DNA from: Clostridium fermenticellae
Lineage (GTDB): Bacteria > Bacillota > Clostridia > Clostridiales > Clostridiaceae
Direction: 5' to 3'
DNA: 24,000 nt
NCBI RefSeq assembly: GCF_003600355.1
Contig: NZ_CP032416.1
Location: 306,183 to 330,182, forward strand
Under the pieces are notes generated by a model, which was given only the letters and a program-made list of their open reading frames with translations, did not search any database and had not been told where the DNA came from. The position numbers were made by a program, and so were the translations under genes. Positions 7,499-14,590 of the stretch are shown piece after piece; position 1 is the first letter of the stretch, and each line of letters begins with the position of its first letter.

Positions 7499-8026
7499 AT
7501 GGCATCGCAACAAATAATTTTTGCCGGTTTTGGAGGACAGGGTATATTATCAATGGGAAAATTCTTAGCATATGCAGGGATGGATGCTAACTTAAATGTT
7601 TCATGGCTTCCATCATACGGACCTGAAATGAGAGGAGGAACTGCCAACTGTTCTGTAATACTCACGGAAGATGCGATAGGTTCACCTATAGTTACAATGG
7701 CTAACAGCATAGTTGTAATGAACAGGCCGTCACTTGAAAAATTTGAAGATAAGCTTGAACCTAACGGAGTTGTGATCTTGGATTCTGATTTGGTTGATGT
7801 AATGCCTAAGAGAAAAGATGTAAAGGTAATAGCAATACCTGCCCAGTCTGTAGCTGAAAAAATAGGAAGCAAAAAGATTGCAAATATGGTTCTTTTAGGA
7901 GCACTAGTTAAGCAGACAAACATAGTTTCAATGGATTTGCTCTTAAGTGCACTAAAAGCTCACGGAAAAGAGAAGTTCTTTGAGTCAAATAAAGAAGCAG
8001 TTTTAAAAGGAACTGAATACGTATAG
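7499..8026 (+). CDS. 2-oxoacid:ferredoxin oxidoreductase gamma subunit
   Basis: FAGFGGQGILSMG motif. 175 aa. The start is 1 nt after the beta subunit stop. Confidence 0.9.
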   Translation: MASQQIIFAGFGGQGILSMGKFLAYAGMDANLNVSWLPSYGPEMRGGTANCSVILTEDAIGSPIVTMANSIVVMNRPSLEKFEDKLEPNGVVILDSDLVDVMPKRKDVKVIAIPAQSVAEKIGSKKIANMVLLGALVKQTNIVSMDLLLSALKAHGKEKFFESNKEAVLKGTEYV

Positions 8027-8115
8027 GGTTATACTTAAGTAAAAGTTAATTTACCCTTCGGGACGTGTCGCCAAAGTTCAGTACTATAAGTACTTTCGTA
8101 TTGGTAACATGTCCC
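8024..8115 (+). repeat. Long-hairpin repeat, subfamily 2, centre-deleted derivative; probable terminator hairpin of the oxidoreductase operon
   Basis: TAGGGTTATACTTAAGTAAAAGTTAATTTACCCTTCGGGACGTGTCGCCAAAGTTCAGTACTATAAGTAC is collinear with the left arm of copy C (14591..). The imperfect hairpin GGGACGTGTCGCCAA...TTGGTAACATGTCCC (8060..8115) is followed by TTT. The gamma subunit TAG stop (8024..8026) forms the first bases of the element. Confidence 0.6.
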
Positions 8116-8123
8116 TTTACATA

Positions 8124-8152
8124 TTGTCGCATTCTAATAATTGTAATATAAT
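8124..8152 (+). promoter_or_regulatory. Candidate sigma-A promoter of glmM
   Basis: TTGTCG (8124..8129), an exact 17-nt spacer, then TATAAT (8147..8152). Confidence 0.5.
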
Positions 8153-8233
8153 AATATAATGTGGTTTATAAATTAAACTATACTTGAATATTACAAAACG
8201 GTATACTAATAAAAAAGAGAGGTATTGTTCGTT

Positions 8234-9586
8234 ATGCATAGAATGTTTGGAACTGATGGAGTAAGAGGAATTGCGAATAAGGAACTAACATCAGGGTTAG
8301 CCTATAATTTAGGAAGAGCGGGAGCATATGTACTCACAGAGGGGGCTCACAAGCCAAAGATATTAGTAGGAATGGATACAAGAATATCAAAAGATATGCT
8401 CGAAAGTGCTTTGGTGTCTGGTATACTTTCGGTTGGAGCACAGGCTTTATGTGTAGGAATTATTCCCACTCCAGCAATTGCTTATTTAACTAGAAAATAC
8501 GGCGCTGATGCCGGCGTAGTTATATCTGCATCACATAATCCAGTTGAATATAATGGAATAAAATTTTTTAACAGTAAAGGTTATAAATTGTCAGATGAAT
8601 TAGAAGACAGGATACAAAACGTTATCGAAAGTGACTTTGAAGAAGTTCCACTTCCTACAGCTTGTAAAATTGGAAGAAAAATAGAAGAATCCTGTGAAGC
8701 TATAAGAGATTATATTGATTTTGCAAAATCAACTATAGATGTTGACTTGAGCGGACTTAAGGTGGCACTTGATTGTGCAAATGGTGCTTCATATATAACT
8801 TCTGTCAGGGCATTTGAAGAGCTTGGGGCAGAAGTATCAATTATAAACGCTGAGCCGGACGGAACAAATATAAATAAAAATTGCGGTTCAACTCATCCGG
8901 AGGGACTTATGCAGTATGTTGTAGAAAACGGATGTGATTTTGGACTGGCATTTGACGGAGATGCCGACAGATGTCTTGCAGTAGATGAAAAGGGAAATCT
9001 TATAAATGGCGATTTTATAATGGGCATAATAGGAAAATATTTAAAAGATCAGGGAAAGCTTGATAGAAATGTAGTAGTTGTCACCGTAATGAGTAACCTT
9101 GGACTTGATATAGGACTTAAAAAAGAAAATATAAAAACTGTAAAGACAAAAGTCGGTGATAGATATGTGCTTGAAGAAATGATAAAAGAAGGATACAAAT
9201 TAGGGGGAGAGCAGTCAGGTCATATAATAATGCTCGATCATAATACAACAGGTGATGGATTGATTACAGCACTTCAAATATCTGCAATAGTAAAAAAGAG
9301 CGGAAAGAAGTTATCTTCTCTTGCATCCATGATGAAGGAATTTCCGCAGGTGCTTGTAAATGCAAAAGTTCCAAATGATAAAAAGGATATCTATCTTAAT
9401 GACAGCGAAATAGCAAGTGAAATTAAAAAATTAGAAAAAACTTTAGATGGAAGTGGAAGAGTGCTTATAAGACCATCAGGCACAGAACCTCTTGTAAGAG
9501 TAATGCTTGAAGGTGAAGTGCAGAGTGAATTGAACAGCATGGCACAAAATCTTGCTGGTTTAATTGAAAAAAAGGCTAATTTATAG
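8234..9586 (+). CDS. glmM: Phosphoglucosamine mutase
   Basis: N-terminal MFGTDGVRG, the active-site phosphoserine loop [15 protein letters not shown], the Mg-binding FDGDADR motif and GGEQSGH are all present. The ATG at 8234 follows AGAGAGG. The track start at 8225 (TTG) abuts the RBS. Confidence 0.95.
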   Translation: MHRMFGTDGVRGIANKELTSGLAYNLGRAGAYVLTEGAHKPKILVGMDTRISKDMLESALVSGILSVGAQALCVGIIPTPAIAYLTRKYGADAGVVISASHNPVEYNGIKFFNSKGYKLSDELEDRIQNVIESDFEEVPLPTACKIGRKIEESCEAIRDYIDFAKSTIDVDLSGLKVALDCANGASYITSVRAFEELGAEVSIINAEPDGTNINKNCGSTHPEGLMQYVVENGCDFGLAFDGDADRCLAVDEKGNLINGDFIMGIIGKYLKDQGKLDRNVVVVTVMSNLGLDIGLKKENIKTVKTKVGDRYVLEEMIKEGYKLGGEQSGHIIMLDHNTTGDGLITALQISAIVKKSGKKLSSLASMMKEFPQVLVNAKVPNDKKDIYLNDSEIASEIKKLEKTLDGSGRVLIRPSGTEPLVRVMLEGEVQSELNSMAQNLAGLIEKKANL

Positions 9587-9596
9587 AAAATGTGAG

Positions 9597-9642
9597 AAAA
9601 ATAAACTATCAGTTATATTAATTGATAGTTTATTTATTTTTA
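9597..9642 (+). terminator. Rho-independent terminator of glmM
   Basis: Perfect 11-bp stem ATAAACTATCA (9601..9611) / TGATAGTTTAT (9623..9633), extended by AA/TT and followed by a T-rich tract. Confidence 0.8.
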
Positions 9643-9656
9643 TGTAAAAAAAGATA

Positions 9657-9685
9657 TTTACTTATTATTGAGCAAATGCTATAAT
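9657..9685 (+). promoter_or_regulatory. Candidate sigma-A promoter of the agr operon
   Basis: TTTACT (9657..9662), a 17-nt spacer, then the extended -10 TGcTATAAT (9677..9685). Confidence 0.5.
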
Positions 9686-9724
9686 TTTACTCATAAGAAC
9701 ATATTTTTGAAGGGGTAGCATATT

Positions 9725-10186
9725 ATGCTAAAATTAACGGGAATAGATATATTATTGCGAACAATTCCAGAAGCTTTTTTATTTGTCCTTTCTGCTTATT
9801 TATTTAGTTTCAAAAAGATAAATAAAAAGGACTTTAGTATATCAGTTTTATTATTAAGTATATGTACATATTTGGTAAGGGAACTCCCAATACATTATGG
9901 GGTTCACATAATAATAAATATAGCTGTATTTGGTTTAATAATGGTATTTATAGATAAGATTGACCTTGCTAAAGCAATGACGTATTCTTTTGGCGTAATG
10001 ATGATTCTTTCAATATGTGAGTGGCTAAACTTGTTTGTACTTGATATCTTAGCAAAAAATAGTGTGCAGTATATATTAAAAGATCCAATAATTAAAAATT
10101 TATGTTTTTTACCATCCTTAGTTTTGTTCTTGATAATTGTACTTTTAATTAGATTTTTAATAAAAGAAAGAGTTGACTGTGTATGA
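9725..10186 (+). CDS. Small polytopic membrane protein (4-5 predicted TM helices), first gene of the agr operon
   Basis: 153 aa, almost entirely hydrophobic segments. GAAGGGG RBS. Its TGA overlaps the agrB ATG (ATGA at 10183..10186), which implies translational coupling. I recognise no family motif. Confidence 0.7.
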   Translation: MLKLTGIDILLRTIPEAFLFVLSAYLFSFKKINKKDFSISVLLLSICTYLVRELPIHYGVHIIINIAVFGLIMVFIDKIDLAKAMTYSFGVMMILSICEWLNLFVLDILAKNSVQYILKDPIIKNLCFLPSLVLFLIIVLLIRFLIKERVDCV

Positions 10187-10839
10187 ATATAAATTTCATA
10201 CAAAAAATTTCAAGTTTGATTGGTCTTAAGATTTCTTATAGTTTAAGTTTAGATGATGATGTGAAAGATATAATAATATATGGTGCATATAATTTATTTC
10301 AAATGGTATGGAGTTTGCTATGTGTACTGATATTAGGCATTGTATTTAATGTTGCTGCTCAAGCCATTTTAGTATGTGTTTCGATAGCTATTCTAAGGAA
10401 ATATTCTGGAGGTGTACATGCACCATCATCTAATAGTTGTGCTGTGATCGGTGCGGTGATTTCGGTTGGAATTGCATTTATTAGTCAATTAAAATTATAC
10501 TTATCAATTCAAAATATATTTTTAATTGAGGTATTTGTGTTTTTAATATCTTATTATTTTGTTTATAGACTTGTTCCGGTAGACAGCGAAGCTAAAAGGA
10601 TAAATAATATTAATACAAGAAAGAAATTTAAAAAATACTCAATATTAGTGTTAAATCTATTTGCAATCGTAATTATGATATTGGATGTATGTTATATAAA
10701 ATATAATAAAGAATACTTTTTTATATTAATTAGGTGTATATCTTTGGGAATGTTATGGCAAGTATTTACATTAACTTCTGTAGCACATAAGTTGATGTCC
10801 TGTATAACTAATATTTTAAATTTACAAAGGAGTGATTAA
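10183..10839 (+). CDS. agrB: Accessory gene regulator B (AgrD-processing membrane endopeptidase)
   Basis: 218-aa polytopic membrane protein. It has the AgrB signature RKYSGGVHAPSSNSC, with His79 and Cys86 spaced 7 residues apart as for the catalytic His77/Cys84 of S. aureus AgrB. An AgrD-like ORF follows directly. Confidence 0.88.
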   Translation: MNINFIQKISSLIGLKISYSLSLDDDVKDIIIYGAYNLFQMVWSLLCVLILGIVFNVAAQAILVCVSIAILRKYSGGVHAPSSNSCAVIGAVISVGIAFISQLKLYLSIQNIFLIEVFVFLISYYFVYRLVPVDSEAKRINNINTRKKFKKYSILVLNLFAIVIMILDVCYIKYNKEYFFILIRCISLGMLWQVFTLTSVAHKLMSCITNILNLQRSD

Positions 10840-10840
10840 A

Positions 10841-10981
10841 TTGAAAAAAAATTTGAGAAAGAAGAGTGCAATTATATGTGCAAAAGTTTTAAAACATTTT
10901 GCGGTATCAACATCTGCGTCTGCTTGTAATTTGAGTTTATATCAACCTAAAGAACCAGAATGTTTGAGAAAAGACAAATAG
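10841..10981 (+). CDS. agrD: Autoinducing-peptide precursor AgrD (46 aa)
   Basis: Absent from the ORF track. TTG start 8 nt after AGGAG (10828..10832) and 1 nt after the agrB stop. Translation: MKKNLRKKSAIICAKVLKHFAVSTSASACNLSLYQPKEPECLRKDK. It has a basic/amphipathic N-terminal leader, a central Cys (SACNLSL) and a charged C-terminal tail with a Q-P-x-E-P...LR motif, as in clostridial AgrDs. Confidence 0.85.
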   Translation: MKKNLRKKSAIICAKVLKHFAVSTSASACNLSLYQPKEPECLRKDK

Positions 10982-10988
10982 ACTTATG

Positions 10989-11029
10989 ACATAAATATAA
11001 GGATCGTTTACCGGTCCTTATATTTATGT
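10989..11029 (+). terminator. Strong hairpin after agrD (terminator/attenuator, no canonical U-tail)
   Basis: 18-bp stem ACATAAATATAAGGATCG / CGGTCCTTATATTTATGT (one G-U pair) with loop TTTAC. The downstream sequence AGCTGATTTAC is not a U-run. Confidence 0.55.
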
Positions 11030-11068
11030 AGCTGATTTACATAATTAAATTTTTATGAAAAAAGGTAG

Positions 11069-12943
11069 ATGGATGTGAGTTTTATGGATTTTACCCGGGG
11101 GAGCAGACAGAAAAATGTATGGGATATGATATTTATAGTTAAAATCTTATCACTGCTTTTTTGTGGGATTATAGTTTGCAGTCAGTTCTTTATGAAAAAT
11201 AAATATATAAACTCGACGGATCTAAAAAATTATAATATGGGAACCTTTGGATTTATGGTATGTGTGACATTGGCAATATTTTGCTTATGGATATTAATTT
11301 TAAAAAACATGGATAAATGGAAAGGAAAAAAAGTGTTCGTTACTATAGAAGATATATGTTTTATGATTATATTCTCAGCTATAGTATTAAAAACACAACC
11401 TTACTCTGATCAGTACAATTTTATATTTTTATTTATCATAATAATATCGACTATACAATCCGGTAAGAAGTATGGAATGACATTAGCATTTATGTCATCT
11501 GTCATAATATTTCTTGTAGACATACTTTCTAAGAAGAGTCCGCTTGATGCAAATACTTATTTTGAAAGTGATATGATTTTGTCATCTATATTTATGGTAA
11601 TATCATGGATAATCGGCCATTATGTGGAGATTGAAAATAGAAATATAAGAGAAAAAAATATTCAGCTCTCCAGATTAAACAGTAAATTGAATAAACAAAA
11701 GGAACACCGCAGAAATATAGAGAAAATACTTTTAAAGAATGAGAAATGTTATAACTTATTGATAGATAACTCAAATGAGGTAATATTTATTCATGATTTT
11801 AACAGAATAATATTTGGAAATGAAAGTGCTGCAAAAATTGTTGGACTTTCTACGCCGGATGATCTGGGTGGAAGATCTATATTCGAATTTATACCTAAGG
11901 ATGAAAGAGAAGCTATAAGAAAAAAGTTCTCGAGGTTATACAGAGAGCACGAGATAACACTTGTGTTTAACCAAAAAATAGTTAATAAGGATTCTACTGT
12001 AAGTTTAGTTGAAAATTCATCTACTTATATAATGTATGATGGAAGACCGGCAATACTTACTATAATTCATGATATAACACCCGAAGAAGAAGTCAAAAAG
12101 CTTAAACACGATGTTGAAGAAAATGTTAAACTTTTAAATGAAAGCAGGGAATTCAATAAACTTATTACTCAATTCTTTACTAATATATCGCATGAACTTA
12201 AGACACCTTTAAATGTGATATTTTCAGCAATACAGATGCTTTCTATATATAATTCGGAAAGTAGAAATGATAAGATGGAAAAATATATAACGGTTGTGAA
12301 ACACAATTGTTATAGACTGATGAAACTAATAAATAATTTACTTGATGTTACTAAACTTGATTCCGGATTTTTAAAATTAGGACTTAAAAATTATGATATA
12401 GTGAGTGTTATTGAGGAAATATCATTATCTGTTGGTCCTTATTTAAAAGCAAAGAATATGTCGATAACCTTTGACACCAATGTTGAGGAAAAGATAATGG
12501 CTTTTGATTTAGAAAAACTCCAAAGAATAATTTTAAATATAATATCAAATGCAGTTAAGTTTACAAACAAAGGCGGAAGCATATTTATAAATTTAACTGA
12601 CAAGAAAGATGTAATGTGCATAAGCATAAGGGATACGGGGATAGGAATACCAAAAGATAAATTAGATGTCATATTTGAAAGATTTGGACAAGTTGATAAG
12701 ACCTTAAATAGAAATTGTGAGGGAAGCGGAATGGGACTTTATCTTGTAAAGTCTTTTGTAAATATGCATGGCGGTAAAATACATGTTAAAAGTAAAGTTG
12801 GAATAGGAACAGAGTTCATTATAGAACTTCCGGTAGTTATATCAGATGAAAGTGACGTGTCCGGCAGAACACTGTGCGAAGACAACATTGAAAAGGTAAG
12901 TATAGAGTTTTCTGATATATACTATGATACAGCTGTAAATTAA
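11069..12943 (+). CDS. Orphan sensor histidine kinase: 6-TM N-terminal domain, PAS, HisKA, HATPase_c
   Basis: Six hydrophobic helices in about aa 20-190. PAS-like region about aa 225-335 (NLLIDNSNEVIFIHDF...ILTIIHDITPEEE). H-box FFTNISHELKTPLN (His codon 12191..12193). N/G boxes NIISNAVKFT, DTGIGIP and GSGMGL. The start is ambiguous (ATG 11069, GTG 11075 or ATG 11084). No response regulator lies adjacent. Confidence 0.88.
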   Translation: MDVSFMDFTRGSRQKNVWDMIFIVKILSLLFCGIIVCSQFFMKNKYINSTDLKNYNMGTFGFMVCVTLAIFCLWILILKNMDKWKGKKVFVTIEDICFMIIFSAIVLKTQPYSDQYNFIFLFIIIISTIQSGKKYGMTLAFMSSVIIFLVDILSKKSPLDANTYFESDMILSSIFMVISWIIGHYVEIENRNIREKNIQLSRLNSKLNKQKEHRRNIEKILLKNEKCYNLLIDNSNEVIFIHDFNRIIFGNESAAKIVGLSTPDDLGGRSIFEFIPKDEREAIRKKFSRLYREHEITLVFNQKIVNKDSTVSLVENSSTYIMYDGRPAILTIIHDITPEEEVKKLKHDVEENVKLLNESREFNKLITQFFTNISHELKTPLNVIFSAIQMLSIYNSESRNDKMEKYITVVKHNCYRLMKLINNLLDVTKLDSGFLKLGLKNYDIVSVIEEISLSVGPYLKAKNMSITFDTNVEEKIMAFDLEKLQRIILNIISNAVKFTNKGGSIFINLTDKKDVMCISIRDTGIGIPKDKLDVIFERFGQVDKTLNRNCEGSGMGLYLVKSFVNMHGGKIHVKSKVGIGTEFIIELPVVISDESDVSGRTLCEDNIEKVSIEFSDIYYDTAVN

Positions 12944-12945
12944 AT

Positions 12946-13209
12946 ATATATAGGGTTTGTAATTTCAAGCTTAAGTTATACTCCAGCTGACATTTCCAAA
13001 ATTCATCACGTAAAAAATTTCTAGTAAGTCTAAGTTCGTATTTATAAAAATCTAAGCAGATTTTATAAACTCGCAGGCTCAAACATATAAAATCTACTAA
13101 GATTTTCAAAAATACTTCACTAAGACTTATCACAAAACTTTTTAATGTGCCTACATTTTGGAAGTGTCAGCTTATGCATAACTTAAGCTTGGAATTACAA
13201 ACCCTATAT
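12946..13209 (+). repeat. Long-hairpin intergenic repeat, subfamily 1, full-length copy B
   Basis: TATATAGGGTTTGTAATTTCAAGCTTAAG...CTTAAGCTTGGAATTACAAACCCTATAT. Apex AAACTCGCAGGCTCAAAC at 13067..13084, the exact midpoint. It has the same orientation and order as copy A and begins 3 nt after the kinase stop codon. Confidence 0.9.
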
Positions 13210-13222
13210 GCATTACTGGTAT

Positions 13223-13274
13223 GGGGCTTATAAATAAAAGCTTAAGTTGTACGTAAACTTAGACTTGTAAACCC
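13223..13274 (+). repeat. Miniature (termini-only) hairpin derivative of subfamily 1
   Basis: GGGGCTTATAAATAAAAGCTTAAGTTGTACGTAAACTTAGACTTGTAAACCC. The left half resembles the left terminus AGGGTTTGTAATTACAAGCTTAAATTATAC and the right half resembles ...CTTGGAATTACAAACCC. It folds on itself. Confidence 0.6.
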
Positions 13275-13495
13275 TAATATTTTTAGATAAAGGTTTATTT
13301 ATTCTTTTGTATAAACTAACTTTAAAGTTAATTCATAAACCCTGGCTTGAAGAAAAAAATAAATTGCCCGCTAGAACTTGACACAAACGAGAGAAACGCA
13401 GAGGTGGAAAAAATCTTAAAATTAATATATAATATGATAATATAGTGTATAATGTTGAGATATGTTAAACTAATATAATTATAGGAGGTTTTCAT

Positions 13496-14548
13496 ATGAT
13501 AAGGAAAAGGAAATGTTTGAGTTCTGCACTTGCAGCACTTGTTCTTTCTGCTGCATTTTCGCTTGGTACAACTGTACAAGCGGCAGATGTAACCAGGACT
13601 GATGGTGGTGCAGGTGGAAGAATAGGAACAGCGGATAGTGTTGCTCTAAGTGCATTTGGAACAGCTAAGAATGTAATACTTGTAAATGGATATGGATACG
13701 CTGATGCTGTAAGTGCAACACCTCTTGCAAAACAGTTAAATGCACCTATACTTTTGACGGCAGGAGGTACACTTGAATCAGAGGTAGCCTCAACAATAAA
13801 AAGTCTTGGTGCAACAAATGTATACATAGTTGGAGGAACGGGAGTTGTATCTGATGCAATTGAAAATACATTAAAATCATCATATACCGTACAGCGTATA
13901 GCAGGGGTTACAGATACCACAAGAATGGGAACAAACTCAGAGGTTGCTAAAAAAGTATTAAGTCTAAGCGGACAAAAAACAGCAGTACTTGTAAATGGAC
14001 AAGATGGATATGCAGATGCACTGTCAGTTGCATCACTTGCTGCGCAAAAGGGATACCCGGTTTTATTTTCAACATCACAGAATATAGCATCTGTAGTTAA
14101 AGATGTCGTAAATTCAAATTCACTTAGCATATTAGCTGTAGGTGGAAACGCAGTTTTACCTCAATCTGTTGTAGATAGTGTTTCAGGTAAAAAAATAACT
14201 CAAAATACTGCAGATAGATTTGCAACTAATCTTGCGGTCTTAGATTATTTTAAAAATAATGGTGGAATAGATTTCAGTAATGTTTACATAGCAGCAGGCG
14301 GAGCAGAAGAGGATCAATTTGCAGATGCATTAGTTGCTTCAGCCGCTGCAGCAAAGACAGGATCACCACTAGTACTTACAGGACTTGGAGCAAATACAGA
14401 TCAGATAGCAGCAGCACAGGATTATATAGCATCTAATGCCAGCGAGGATTCAAAGCTTATCGTTGTTGGAGGAACAGCTTCTGTATCTGATGCTATACTA
14501 GAACAACTTAAAAATTCTGACACACTTGAAGTTATAGGAATAGAATAA
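13496..14548 (+). CDS. Secreted cell-wall-binding protein made only of a signal peptide plus three CWB2 repeats
   Basis: Signal peptide MIRKRKCLSSALAALVLSAAFSLGTTVQA|AD. Three CWB2 (PF04122-type) modules, each with ...(D)R..T...V... plus V.LVNG.GYADA(L/V)S...LA......P(I/V)L(L/F). Strong RBS AGGAGG. No additional effector domain. Confidence 0.88.
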   Translation: MIRKRKCLSSALAALVLSAAFSLGTTVQAADVTRTDGGAGGRIGTADSVALSAFGTAKNVILVNGYGYADAVSATPLAKQLNAPILLTAGGTLESEVASTIKSLGATNVYIVGGTGVVSDAIENTLKSSYTVQRIAGVTDTTRMGTNSEVAKKVLSLSGQKTAVLVNGQDGYADALSVASLAAQKGYPVLFSTSQNIASVVKDVVNSNSLSILAVGGNAVLPQSVVDSVSGKKITQNTADRFATNLAVLDYFKNNGGIDFSNVYIAAGGAEEDQFADALVASAAAAKTGSPLVLTGLGANTDQIAAAQDYIASNASEDSKLIVVGGTASVSDAILEQLKNSDTLEVIGIE

Positions 14549-14552
14549 TATG

Positions 14553-14586
14553 AAATCAACGTATTTGTATGCGTTGATTTTTTATA
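14553..14586 (+). terminator. Rho-independent terminator of the CWB2-only gene
   Basis: AAATCAACG (14553..14561) pairs with CGTTGATTT (14572..14580), followed by a TTTTTTA tail. Confidence 0.85.
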
Positions 14587-14590
14587 TTAT

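Noticed and set aside
7411-7923. 170-aa minus-strand ORF overlapping the beta and gamma oxidoreductase subunits
   Set aside because: It is antisense to two well-supported genes. It has no RBS and no recognisable motifs, and it looks like a typical shadow ORF.
9587-9724. AgrA/LytTR-type direct repeats upstream of the agr operon
   Set aside because: I saw no pair of 9-bp repeats of the (T/A)(A/C)(C/A)GTTN(A/G)(T/G) type spaced about 12 bp apart. Only a generic sigma-A-like promoter is apparent.
12837-13133. 98-aa minus-strand ORF spanning repeat copy B
   Set aside because: It extends into the antisense of the kinase 3' end and has no RBS. The near-identical copy A does not keep a comparable frame open (no ORF of 60 aa or more is listed there), so the repeat is not protein-coding.
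13280-13495. A possible c-di-GMP or other riboswitch upstream of the surface-protein genes (slightly GC-richer stretch CCTGGCTTGAAG...CGAGAGAAACGCAGAGGTGG)
   Set aside because: I could find no GEMM-I/II core motifs or any other riboswitch consensus I recognise. The stretch also lies upstream of the best -10 candidates, so it is probably not transcribed as leader.
13492-14130. 212-aa ORF on the minus strand, antisense to the CWB2-only gene
   Set aside because: It is the mirror frame of an Ala/Gly/Thr-rich (GCN/GGN/ACN) gene and gives a low-complexity A/S/T/P-rich product. It has no RBS and no independent motif. The sense-strand gene has a strong RBS, a signal peptide and clear CWB2 repeats.
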